From: Tubulanus polymorphus
Taxonomy: Eukaryota; Animalia; Nemertea
Assembly: GCF_964204645.1 (NCBI RefSeq)
Contig: NC_134025.1
Span: 10,292,001-10,356,000 of the forward strand
DNA: 64,000 bases
Direction of reading: 5' to 3'
The notes below the pieces were generated by a model. That model was not told where the DNA came from. It did not search any database and saw nothing but the letters and a program-made list of their open reading frames with translations. A program made the position numbers and the translations under genes. This document shows positions 13,920 to 26,237 of this stretch, piece after piece. The first letter of the stretch is position 1. Each line of letters starts with the position of its first letter.

Positions 13920-14350
13920 CCAAATCGAACGCGTAACAATTGACACGTTTGCCTAACGAGCTAGCGCCATGAAGATTGACGACATTTTAAGCGACGCAAA
14001 AATCGCGACGAATGAAAATCCATTCTGTTGTTAAAATCTAGAGTAGTCCATTCCGTTCGCGCGCCAACTCAGGTTTAATGCCCGGTTCCGACGTATGTAA
14101 ACGACCGACCCGGCGTGTATCATTACTGAGTCATCATCTACCACCGTAGACCGATCTCCATGGAAACCGTATCAGCGGCGAGAGAGAAGAAGAATAGCAT
14201 CGGCGGTAGCTGCCGCGCGCGCGCGGCTGAGCAGCATCATCAGCACCCAGGTAAACAGAAATCAATAGCGGGATATATAACCGCATCGACAGTTACGTCT
14301 ATCTCTGATTGGCCCCGGCGCACGTATATGATGTTGAAACTCGAGGAACT
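13920..14350 (-). promoter_or_regulatory. Putative CSRNP promoter / non-coding first exon (CpG-rich)
   Basis: CpG-dense; on the minus strand TTATATAT (14280-14273) with CCAAT upstream (about 14312-14308); AP-1 site TGAGTCA at 14127-14133; candidate donor gtatgg at 13920. Confidence 0.4.
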
Positions 14351-14455
14351 GTTTTCGCCGACGAATTAAACAGCGGTATCAACAACGGCGAGATAATACG
14401 TCGTCGCGGTCGTATTATAAACACCTACATTATTAATAAGTTCCGTACGCCGCGC

Positions 14456-14960
14456 AGAAAGTAGAGTATAGTAAAAGGCTTCGGGGTGGTGCTCTCGTTT
14501 AACCGATTCGGTATGTCACCGGCGTAATTTTGAAATACGATGACGATAATATCCCGAGTAATCATTCGAATCTGGAAATTCGAATCGCTTCTCACAACAT
14601 CGTTCGCGCAAGATACTAAAGGTCAATCATACTAGACTTCATACTATAGACAGGTTATTTTATCAGTAAGTTGAAAAATTTTACTGGTAACAGCGGTAGA
14701 TCTAGGGCCAAGATCCGAGGGTCTGACCAAAACTTTCTTTTTTAGTGCAAATTAATTTTAAGAAAATTTCATTTTCTCAACGCCCTTTTGATCTTTTCCC
14801 AGAATTCAGCCTTCATTTTACTCGAAATTACCCGAGATGTCCAAACCAAAATTGTTTTTGAAAAGCCTCGCTAAAAAAGCTTCAAGAGTCATACAGAAAT
14901 CCTGGTTGTAAGACTCGCCTGAATTTATCTTTTTCAGAGACTAATTAATTGATTAATTTT
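14456..14960 (+). repeat. Copy 1 of a ~500-bp local direct duplication (copy 2 at 18230-18710)
   Basis: Long near-identical match from agaaag(t)agagtatagtaaaaggcttcggg to gactaattaattgattaattttt, with a few small indels. Confidence 0.92.
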
Positions 14961-15706
14961 CTCCATAAGTCTAGTCTCCGTAAATCCTTAATAGAACAGA
15001 TGGTCCAACTATCCAAACTGACTATATATGATATTGCTTCTTGAAATTTGGAACAATAACTGAATACTTGGACAAAGGTCGAATGTAATATTTGATTTAT
15101 TAACCACACCCAATCATGTCCCGCATTAAGTCGACTATAAATATACACTGCGATAATAATGTGATTGTAAAAATGTAAAAATAGAATCTTTTGTTCAGTC
15201 TTAATCATATTTTCTTTCAACGATCAACATTGAAGTCAAGTAGGCCTAAAATAATTAACAAACTAGCCTACATCTGAAGAAAATACAACCCGTCATACTG
15301 GAACCACGAAAAATGAACAAATTTAACCAGAAATCAATCTGATTTCAAAACTGCCTAGGGTTTTAGGTAGATACACCAGGGTAACTAAAGGGCCCCTGTG
15401 ACCAATGATATTTATAGGTCTATGCCCGAAATAAGTAAAAAAAGCCATTTCCAGATAGTATTTGAGGAGCGTAGGCAGACAGTTGCACTTAAAACCTGAC
15501 CATACGCCCATCCCCTACGCTTTGACATGGCCATACCCCAGGCTGTAGACCCCAAGTCAAAAATGGTGAAACTACATCGCCTACTTGATCTGTTTCTTTA
15601 AAACTAGGCCTATGTCTCTAGGCCAATTTGCCCAAAACGCAAAATGTGGCCAGGGGTAGGCACGGGGAAGACGGGTCAGGAGCCAATCATGACATACCAA
15701 ATTTAC

Positions 15707-16533
15707 CTCAGGGCAGGATATCAAGGCCTGCACAAGGCCATACGTGCTGCTTTTTAGGATTGCTACTAAGATGGGATTGTACTTTAGCCTCTAGGTCTAC
15801 CGCCAACGGGTAAAGAATATATGAATATAGGACTTTCTGCACTGGAGCTGCCAGAAAAGCCATATCATGCAAGCCACAATCAGTATCGGAACTTCAGAAA
15901 CCATTAGTAGCTGGTGCACCAGCAGTGGCAGTAGCAGCAGCAGCACCCACCAAGAATCTGAGATGAGAGCCGAGAGAAGCCTCATCATTGGCCTTCTTAA
16001 ATTTTAGCCCTATTGACATTTTTTTCTCTTCTGGAGCTGGAGGCTGAGCCTCATCATTGTAAGTCTGAATGCTGCATCCGATTATTTGTTTGAGAGTTTC
16101 AGCATCTGACATAACCCTGCAGCATCCTCATCCTCAGCAGCAGTTGCCTATTTACGGCTTACACATCATATCAATGCGCCACCACTGACAAGGGATACCT
16201 CTAAATCTCGGACCCTGCGATCGAAATATATAAACAATCACTCGATATACACTAACCTGCTGATAATTGTCGGAATATTGGCGCTCGGTGACCATCGATA
16301 CGTTATCTAATTCCGTTTTAAGGCCGAGAAACAGAAGAATTATTCCACAAATAGAGATAAAAGACGGGATGGATTTCTTCAGCTGTGTGTGTCTACTCGG
16401 GACCGTGTGGACCTCAGCACCACCAGTTATATACGGCGTGTATCTACGCCACGAAATATCGCCGCCGCCGCTACTCTCCTTCGAATGCTTGGGACTTTCC
16501 CCGTCCACTTTTACTACTTTCACCGAAACTGAT
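15707..16533 (-). pseudogene. Unidentified coding-like, stop-interrupted segment (decayed gene or transposon fragment, or spliced lncRNA)
   Basis: GC-richer island with ORFs 16152-16688 and 15894-16112; the latter frame stays open past a TGA; splice-like signals CAG|gttagt (16257) and GAG|gtaaat (about 15706); no family recognised. Confidence 0.2.
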
Positions 16534-16625
16534 TGAAGGTTGACTAATCCGAGTTTAGTTGCGTTTTGAATGACGATGACATTATACCATATATGAACGA
16601 TCAGTGGACCGCGAGGTAAACCGAG

Positions 16626-16637
16626 TGTGACGTCACA
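16626..16637. promoter_or_regulatory. Perfect palindromic CRE (TGTGACGTCACA) upstream of the FAM186-like gene
   Basis: Full TGACGTCA inside a 12-bp palindrome, about 730 bp upstream of the ATG at 17365. Confidence 0.35.
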
Positions 16638-17364
16638 ATCATTCATCGACATAATTCCCGTGGAATCCAGTTTATCGGAATAGTCCATTTTGGGTTAGTG
16701 AGGTTGATGCTTTCCCATCGCATTTAATCATTGCAAAAAAAGCATTCAAATCAAGAATTTGTCATCACTATAATTAGTTTAAAAACAAAGATATTGTAGC
16801 AACCTAAGTATTTGCATTTGGTAAGAATAAGACTGATAGAAAATTACAAATTCAGTACCTTCATTACCCGGGCTTTATAATGGGATAAACATTTTCCTGG
16901 CAGGGTACGACGGATGTCAACAAACGCACGTGGGTGGTTTGTTATGATAGTCGTAGTAGGAAATGATGCAGCCCCCTTTCATTCACGTTTCATAAGTTAA
17001 TGCGAAGGCTCAATATTTTCAATTAACGGCATTTAGAGGTATTTATAAGCTTATCATCACCGGCTTGACAATCATCCAATTGGAATCAAAATCAACTAAC
17101 AATTCACCTAGAATTTTGCGTTTGGGCCTACATAAAAGCGAAATCCTTGCTTAGCGCCGCTTTTTAAAGAATTTCTTTGATATACACATTTCTACTTCTA
17201 AAATTGTGATATTTCGCTACGTATAATGATGGTCTTTATAGATTTATATAAATTTTTCCCAACTCTAAAAAACGTTTTATATAATTTCAATGAATACGGT
17301 AACAGATCGTGGGAAAGCGAAATCTGTTGTGATTTTATTTGTTTAGAAAATTAAGCTAACAAAC

Positions 17365-20300
17365 ATGAAGAAGCGGCCGAGTCCTGCGCTGATTAGAAAG
17401 ATGAAACGCAAAAAGAAATTGCTCGGCCCCAGGCGGCGGGTTCCGGCGAGAAAGAAGGAGGCGGTAAGGCAGACGTCGAGCGTCGAATTGGCCCCGGTTC
17501 ATCTTACGAGTAGCGTACAAAAAACAATCGACAAAATATCGACGAGTCAGGACGATCGAAAACGCAAAGAGATCGCCATTAAACTGAGCAAGATTCACGA
17601 AAGAGTTGAATTGGTAATATAATTAGATATTTTCGTAATTTTCTAATGAGTATATATATATATATATTGATTATAGCAAGTGTTCACAAAATCACAAACT
17701 GTAACTCCCGAAAACGTTTGCTATAATGAATATATATACTCATTAGAAAATGAGTTTTATACTGTTTTTGCTTCTATGGATTTTCAACTATTTGTACTCT
17801 CTACCAAAGTCCTATTTTAGGAATTGCTCTGTAAAATATCTATAGAAAATGAGTCAATCAAAATAGTTTAAAAACCTATTATCATTAAAATGCTGGAGGC
17901 TACCCTCTCATTCAGAAAAATTTGATTTTGAAATTGGAAATCAAAGTACAGATATAGTTGTGTGATCGGCCGTCGAATTTGCAGAATTTTCTGTATAATT
18001 CGATGTACTTCATCAATCAAACTATCTTCCAACCAGCCTGAACCGACAATTTTATTTTTGTTCTGTTTGTAAATATTCGTATAACATGCTTTCTTATGAA
18101 ATAAATTGAAATTGGAAACAAGCGACTGATCGGGGTTAATTCTGTTGGCTGCCTAATTCGATACATAAAGATTCTGGAAATAACTTCAAGTTTGAAGATC
18201 ATTTTGTCCAGATCCTATATCTTTTCCGTAGAAAGAGAGTATAGTAAAAGGCTTCGGGTGTGCTCGTGTAACCGATTCGGTATGTCACCGGCGTAATTTT
18301 GAAATACGATGACGATAATATCCCAAGTAATCATTCGAATCGCTTCCCACAACATCACGCAAGATACTAAAGGCCAATCATACTAGACTTCATACTATAG
18401 ACAGGTTATTTTATCAGTAAGTTGAAAAATTTTACTGAACAGCGGCAGATCTAGGGCCAAGATCCGAGGGTCTGACCAAAACTTTCTTTTTTAGGGCAAA
18501 TTAATTTTAAGAAAATTTCATTTTCTCAGCGCCCTTTTGATCTTTTCTCAGAATTCAGCCTTCGTTTTACTCGAAATTACCCGAGATTTCCACGCCAAAA
18601 TTGTTTTTGAAAAGCCTCGCTAAAAAAGCTTCAAGAGTCATACAGAAATCCCGGTTGTAAGACTCGCCTGAATTTATCTTTTTCATAGACTAATTAATTG
18701 ATTAATTTTTTTTCCGTAATCGACAACTTCTTTCAGATTTTGCAAAGTGCTGGAGTCCGAGCTAACATCCACCCTTCACAATCCGAGGTAAAAAAGAGAC
18801 GGTTGAAATTACCACGCCTCCTGATACGCGATACACTTCTTCTTTGAAAAAGGTAACGATTTCTTTTTCTTTAAGTATGCTGAAATAGAGTACAGTTTTT
18901 CGAGGCCACCGTTCCTCGACAGAGAAGCCGACAAACGACAGGTCTGTATGAACACGTTGCGTCACGTCTCGTTGATCCCGTCGCTCCACAATAGTTTTGG
19001 GCCCAGTACTATATATGATTCCCTACATTTTCTCACAGCTCACGTATCAGAGGGCAATTTTGGAAATGATAAGCGGTTTTGCTAGTTCTTGCGAAGAACG
19101 GGCCTGTATTCTGAATGATACGGTGGAATGGTTTGTGGCCGCAAAAGACGTCGTAAGTATACCCATTCCAGGGGCGGATCGACGGTGTGGGGGGGGGGGG
19201 GGCTAGGGGGTCTCGACTCCCCCTGCTCCTCCGTGTTCGAAAATTTTCTGATAAAGATATCAATCGATGAAACAAACCACTATTCAAATCGTTATCTATT
19301 GCTGTTTCGGCGTCTGCCAGAAATTAATGTAGGTAATGCACACATTTTGATGAATGCATTTTCCATTGAAATATTTAAAAAATTGGGAAAAAATCTGGGA
19401 AAACACTGCGCTTGTTTCTTCACTTAACATATAAAATAATCGTTAGAGGCAACCTTTTTTCTAGAAGAACGAGCAATGTACGCATTTATGAATAAGTGAA
19501 ACCCACAGTGAATCGTCTAACCATGATCATATTCTAACAGTTTGGAAGTTTGACTAAAACTTCATCATCAGAGAAACCAAACAAGTTTAGTCAAAACTTC
19601 CAAACTGTTAGAAAATAATCACGGTTAAACCATCAACTGTGAGTTTCACTTATCAACTCTGGTGAACGCTGAAATTGATAAGTCTGCCAGCAGACATTCA
19701 ATTATCCTTTATTTGTTTCTCTTAATTCGCTTCATACAAGTTGTCAAACGTGCGCAGCGAGGAAGATATGAAAAAACAGGAACAAAGATTCGGCAGAATG
19801 TTCAAAGCGATAGCGTAAATATATATGATATCATCCGGTCGTTATTATTACAAAGCGACCTCCAAAAATCTTCTGCTCATCAGAATCTTTCAATATTCAC
19901 ATGGATGGATAAGAAAATTTGATAGAAGGAAAGTGACACCAAAAACTCTTGATTCGGTCGAGTAGATCTGATTCCATGGTCATTGTTCAGAAGCGTGAAG
20001 TTAAGAGGCGTTTGTCTTCAGGGGCGCATCTAATAGCTTTTGGAAAGATAAACATGAGGGGTGCAAATGAAATGGGTCACTTCTTTCGCGTGTTTTTGGC
20101 CCGTAATGACGACGCAGCTTTCCTACATGTTGCTTAGTTTGAAAATAAAGTGTATTATTTTATTCCGTTACGATTATCTGTTTGTTAACTATGCATGATT
20201 TCCTTGTTGTAAACTAGAAATCGTGCCGGTTTTATCGTTATGGCCCTTTCAATAGAGGCGCTGACTGGTTCACAACAATGGCCCTGGAATCAAAATGACT

Positions 20301-23300
20301 TGACCGAAACGAGAGTTGTTGGTGTCATTTTCCTTCCATCAAGATTTTCTATCCGTCCGTATGAAAATTGAAGGTCTCCGATAAGTGGAAGTGTGGGGTT
20401 GAGTTTTTCCCCACCCTGTATATACTGAAATGTATAGATGTAAATATATATACTTCGACAGAAAAGTATGAATTCTTTGTCGGGAAAATAATCAAACTTA
20501 GTTACGATAATTACGATTGCGTAATAATCGTGAGTAATTGATTGACTAATGCGTACGAAATTAATTCGTTCTACTGTCTGATATCGTCGTAATTGGAACC
20601 TGGCTTTTTAATGCTTCAATTTTCTCCATTATCAGACAAGCTTACAACAACGCTAAGTCTGCCGCTTATAAGATAGAAAAGATTGGCTACCAGTTGTTGG
20701 AAGATGCTGGCTACCTGGAGGACGAAGAAGATGAAGAGTAAGTCGGAAGTATAAAAAAGAAGAATTAGCGAACGAATTTTCATGTTCCTTGTAAAAATTT
20801 TATTAGCAAATCTCTTTTTTACGGAATCTGCTTAATCCATGAGAGAAATGCTTTCTTGATACTATCAGAGAAACTGTAGTTCCGCTCAGAAAAGGCAAAC
20901 CAAAACAGCCCCTACAACCGATTGAGATAATTGAAGGTAGGTGTACACCCATTCGGAAGTATATATCTAATTTTCTAAATCGGATGGTGCGTGGAGCAGT
21001 TTAATCATGTTAAATGGAATATGAACGATTTACTTTTTGTTATTGTTTAGAGGATGCCTTGAATGACGACACACAGTCGTGGCTTGAAGCTGCTAATGAA
21101 ATCAAGAGAGTTTTGGGCGAAACAATTCGTCAAGTCAAAAGCAATCAGGCCAAAGCTAGTACGTTGATTTATTCGAGCATACGTTACTGAATATTTTTCA
21201 GTAACCTACACTATATAGTTCATGATATTACACTACAGAATTTTCGTTTAGTGGTTCGAAGCGCTCTTAAGCAGTACAAATTTGTAGCTGCTGCGATGGA
21301 ACACCGGCTTGCAGACGGTGTACAGAAGGATGAACAAATCGTTGATCTGCAAGTGGTACATAACATGATGAGAATGTCCAACCCTTAAATTATAAAATGA
21401 AACAAATTCTAATTCGTAGTTTTCGATGTTATAATTTCATAGAAAGCTCATCAGTTGAATAATACGAACGAAAGATTAAAAAAAGAAGTGCAACAGGTTA
21501 CGACAAAAAGAGACAAACTTGAGAATCAGCTAGATAAAGTAACAAAAGATTTGGTAAGATCAATAGATGAATACACCGTCTCTAACAAGGCGAGATCATA
21601 TAAGTTATAGAATAGTGCAGATCAAATATCATTTTGGTAGGAGCAAGAATCGAAAGCAAAGAAAGTTCTGAAGAAGCAGGTGGCAACGCTGGCTTCAGAA
21701 AATGATGATTTGAAGGAGCAATTAGAGGAAATGGAAGCTGAGCTAGCGAGGGAACCGAGCATAGTAGCAATCAGTGAGGAATCCGTGCATATTCCAACTC
21801 CTCCACGGCAAAAAAGTTCAGGTAGCTAATATAGATACCCATGTAGAATTCAACCTGAAACATAAATAAACCATGCAAATTGAGTCGCACTGGAATCGAC
21901 ACATGAGCCCCGTTTCAAAAATGGGCTGAAACCTTACGACCTGTCTCACGCAAGATCACGATCACCAACGCCCATCAACATTCCAGCCTTATCGGTTTTA
22001 TCATTTAAAAAAAGCTATACAATTTCCTCCGCCATCTCATATTTCAGTACACGTAGTGCAGCGTCCACCTCCAGCTGTTGAAACTATCGTTCAAATCAAG
22101 GAGGACCCTATTCTACAGGAGAAAGTTGTTAACCTGACACTAGAGTTAGAAACTTGGAAAGCTCAATACGAGGAACTTGATAACAACTATAAAGACTTGG
22201 ATAAGAATTTCAAAAAGAAGTTAGGTACTGCGATAGGAAATAGCAACCAATAGCCAATTCAAAGTACTTCGTTTTTGTGGCATAATCATTTCTTTGATTT
22301 CAGCCGTAATAAATAGATTGGAAAATAAAGTTCGCGAAATAGAAGAAATAGAAGAGGTGTTTCAAGTAAAAGAGGATAGTTCTAAAAACTCACTTGAACA
22401 AGATAACAAGAGGGCTAAAGCTAAACTTTTCACTCTTCACAAAGAAGTACGTTTAAAAACTACATATCAACGCGTCGTATTCGAGTGGTTTCACTTGAGA
22501 TTATGAAAAAAATACATTAAACCATTCTATGTTCCGCGTAGAAAGATAAATTGTTGAAGCAAATTGAATCATTGAAAGAACAATTGGCAACTAAAGACGA
22601 ACTTTTGCAATATCAAGAAAAGCGATTGAATGAGCTGGCCGGGTTAGCATCTGCTCAAGAGAAAGCGCAACCCGCAAAAGTCAAGCAACCAAAAACATCG
22701 GTATAGTATCTCATAATTCATTTGGATGGATATTCAAGCCTAGGCATAGGTTTCTGCATTTAAAACCTCCAATCTTAAAGGAACAAAAACCTCAAACCAC
22801 TGTTGGACCCGATACAAAGTTGGTTGGGAAAATAGACGAGCTAAAGCGTATAATTTCCCGCATGAAGAAAGATCACGAAGGCGAAATTAGCAGACTTAAA
22901 GATCATCTAGATCGCGAAAAGCAAAGGTTGATTGTCATCATTAAGTTACATGCTGTATAAATGTAATATTGAGTTGTCGTGGAAAACTTGATACCAACTT
23001 TCTTTGAAATAGCTATAAATCTGTTATTCTGCACTGCACCGTGATAACCATTGCAAAAAGGGAACGAAGAATTATCAAAGTTCAATTTCTTTTCAAGAAA
23101 TGAGGCAACCATTCGTAGAGTTGAGAGTCTTCACAAAGATCAACTGTTAAACGTCCATAAAAGCAGCGTACATCTACTTCGAGGATTGAATCGGTTCAAA
23201 GAGGCTGTGGCAGAAATCTTGGAAAAGGAGTACCTACTCGACGCCGCGCACGATGTTAAAACTATGGAAGACATACCGACAGACGACTCGCCTGCTGATC

Positions 23301-26237
23301 CTCGTAGTACTTTGATACAGCTATCCGCAAATGCCGTTGAATGTTCGTATAGTTTATGAATATGTCAATTTTAAAAAGATCTATCTGATTTGATCTATCG
23401 CCAGAGCTATCTGTCATAGATGTCAGCATGTTCAATGTGCCATTGCACAACATAGAGTTTCTTTCCATAACTTGTATTTTGTAGTACTTGTATCGCTGGA
23501 GTTCAAGTTGTCCAAGGCTCTGATGGACAAACGACTTGAGCTAAAGGATAAAACGCTTGCCAAACAATTCGCTACGAAAGATTTAGATGCACAGATAGAA
23601 TACACCAAGAAGCTAAAGCAAGAAAACGAACACCTGACCGATAAACTTAAAATCAGTCGCGAAAATATGATAGCTACGGATCAAGCATTACGGGACATAC
23701 GGAAACACGAAAGTGTTAGATATGCTGCATTGATGGAACGTTATAAGCAGATTTGGCATCAAAATCGGTCGCTTACTAGAGAAATGGAAAATTCGCAGCG
23801 ATCCTTCGCGGAAACTCTGAAAATGAAAGAAGACGCATACCACCAGCTTCTGGCTAACAAGCAGGAGATGTCAAAGAATCTGGAATCGCAGAGAACTGCG
23901 ATTAGAAATCTGAAAATTGATTTCAAACATGTACGTTTTTTCGTTGGATTGAATCTAAAGAATTTATTCATTCATTTACAATAGTATATAAAGCAAGTAC
24001 AACCCTGTAGACTAATTAGTAGTCCACGTGGTAATAGGCCTAAAGGCCAGGGCCGTGCATAGCGGCGGAAATTTCGGGAAGTGCCCTTTTTGCAAATATT
24101 TTTGTTATATCCATTAGAACTCCCCTTCTCTGTCCCCTCAAAATTAAAATGCTTTTTCTTTTAAAAACCAGCTCATAGTGCATTAACGTATTTTTCTGAT
24201 AATTTTCATCTCATGAGGTTTAACCGACGTTTTACGCGAACTAACTATAAATTCATCAACTTTAGGTAGCCCGATATCGTTAATCACTGCAGTGATTGCT
24301 TTTTTCAATCCAAAACATTCTCCTGATATTAACTATATGTTATCTAATCTCGACTACATAGTATGTGGCATCGCGAAACATGTACTTTTCATATTGTAAA
24401 CGTATTACTAAACGTATTCAGAAAAAAGAACAAACAGAGCATTCGTATCAGTTGAGTGTGAAAGATATGAAGAAAAATATTGGTACGTTGCAAGCAGCCC
24501 TAAAAGCAAAGCGAATATCAGACGAAATGTACGAGGTACGTCACCGATGATAACTATTCTAGACATTAGTTTGTTATGTTGAAGTAATCTCGAACCTCGT
24601 AATCGTAGAACACGTCCTAGCACGGCAAAATCTATTCAGCTTTTAACAACTAATTCAATCCGTAAACTTAGATTTGTTGGAAGATATCTAACTTCAGTGT
24701 TCAAGAGGCGGAGAATGATACGAGGCGATGAATAAAAGTTAAATATATATTTACCCCATCAACTTGATATTTTTAAATTTTTTTTCAATATGTCTTATAT
24801 TGAATTATTCTGTTGAAATGTGTATTTTTCATTATCTGTCATACAGTGTAGTACACACTTTGATAAAGAAGAAACCAAACTGTTGCAAAATTCTCATCAA
24901 TCACCCTTCGGGTTATTTCATTTTTAGATGACCGTGTCCATGATTGAGAAGGCCATGGAAATCCCAGCAATTCGTCTACAAGAACTCCTCAAAACGTATA
25001 TCGCCTTCAGAAAAATGCAAGCTGCTAAAGGTTTGTCCTCATTAACATACTTGGGAGTATTGATCACTATTTATTTAAGAACTTTTTATATATCAATTTC
25101 TTTTTGTAACAGAGCGTCTGATGGAGTTGATCAAAGACAAGCCAGCAGACGACCAAATCGACGAGCTACGTTCCCATATCGAAAAGATGGATGCCCAACT
25201 TACCGATGCTATGTCAAAATGGCAAGATAAGAAAGAGACGCTGAATGAAGAGAAAAGAGAAATGTTTGGAAAAATGATCAAAACGTAAACAAACAATATT
25301 GTAAACATTATAGAGTCATCTAAATGTTGATGTTGTATGTAAATATGATGTACTGCATGATTGTAGGTTTGATGATGTTGTAACAGAGACAGGTATTTTA
25401 CTCATTCTACCAAAGAAGTTGGAAAGTCCACTACAGAGTCCATCTCCCGTCTTCCCACCTCCGGGAACACTTAGATCAGGCGGAGCTATGATTCTGAAAC
25501 CTTTAGAAATGCCAGAAATGTTAGTGGGGCGTCGGTTTACAGGTGTCGGAGAGACATCGTTTTGGCAGGTAATTGAATTTTGAATAAATGAACGTTATAA
25601 ATCTGGAAAGTTCATTGAACACAGTAGAACGAACATTACAATATTTCAAATCCACATTCAAATTGAATCTTATATGAACCCAATATTCTGGATATAAACG
25701 GACGAGTAAAATCAGGGTCTCATCGATCCTTCACCTGAAGATGTCCGTTGAGGTGGTGAATATCGGATTATCTCCGTATTATGTAAATCTATGCCGCATC
25801 AATCACCATCTATCGTAATACAAGATCATCACTCAACCATTGCTGTAAACGATTTCCCAATAACTATTACTTGTTCTTTGGCTTAAGGCTCCGATTCCTT
25901 CGATTTGTAATCTATCCAGTCCACGTATCGAAATGCCGAAAATCATGGACTTAGAGATCAATGCTGCTAGAAGGGATGCCATGAAGTAGGTATTTTGCCA
26001 TAAAATCCCAGAAAAACTCCACATTTCAGTATGTGTCAAATTCGGATACACGTATAGATCTTCTTTATCTGTAGGGCTCTTAGTGTAGCAGTGACGAAGA
26101 ATAAGACTTTACACTTACCGTCTGCCAAGGGCTATGAATACAGAGGACTACTTAAGCCATTTCCAAAAACTGTTTCTCACACAACCAATAATATCAAACC
26201 TGTTAGAAGCCTTGGCACAGTGAATATTCCTTCGTAA
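17365..26237 (+). CDS. Large multi-exon coiled-coil protein, FAM186A/B-like
   Basis: In-frame GT-AG exons traced at 17365-17613, 18737-18787, 18876-18941, 19039-19152, 19741-19814, 20636-20737, 20869-20936, 21051-21158, 21252-21355, then approximately 21443-21553, 21641-21821, 22048-22224, 22304-22447, 22542-22700, 22781-22927, 23098-23350, 23484-23930, 24422-24535, 24928-25030, 25113-25284, 25368-25568, one ending near 25986, and 26075-26237 (TAA). The N-terminal PVHLTSSVQKTIDKISTSQDDRKRKEIAIKLSKIHERVELIL..AILEMISGFASSCEERACILNDTVEWF and C-terminal KWQDKKETLNEEKREMFGKMIKTFDDV..MPKIMDLEI resemble FAM186 terminal domains as I recall them. The gene is well supported; the family call is moderate. 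Confidence 0.75.
17639..17750. repeat. Inverted repeat / hairpin (MITE-like)
   Basis: ttttctaatgagtatatatat..attatagcaa versus ttgctataat..atatatatactcattagaaaa. Confidence 0.7.
18230..18710 (+). repeat. Copy 2 of the ~500-bp duplication, inside the first coding intron of the FAM186-like gene
   Basis: Matches 14456-14960. Confidence 0.92.
19492..19653. mobile_element. Long palindromic MITE (arms about 70 bp)
   Basis: ataagtgaaacccacag...ttctaacagtttggaagtttgactaaa versus tttagtcaaaacttccaaactgttagaa...ctgtgagtttcacttat. Confidence 0.75.

Noticed and set aside
15894-15896. Selenocysteine or readthrough TGA in the unidentified minus-strand frame
   Set aside because: No selenoprotein motif or SECIS recognised; a decayed frame is simpler.
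18232-18656. Three constitutive coding exons of the FAM186-like gene inside the duplicated block
   Set aside because: Direct splicing 17613->18737 gives a better continuous reading (ERVEL|ILQSAG) and keeps later exons in frame; retained only as possible alternative exons.
14456-18710. LTR retrotransposon or TRIM bounded by the 500-bp direct repeats
   Set aside because: No TG..CA ends, primer-binding site, polypurine tract or TSD; the interior contains a host exon.
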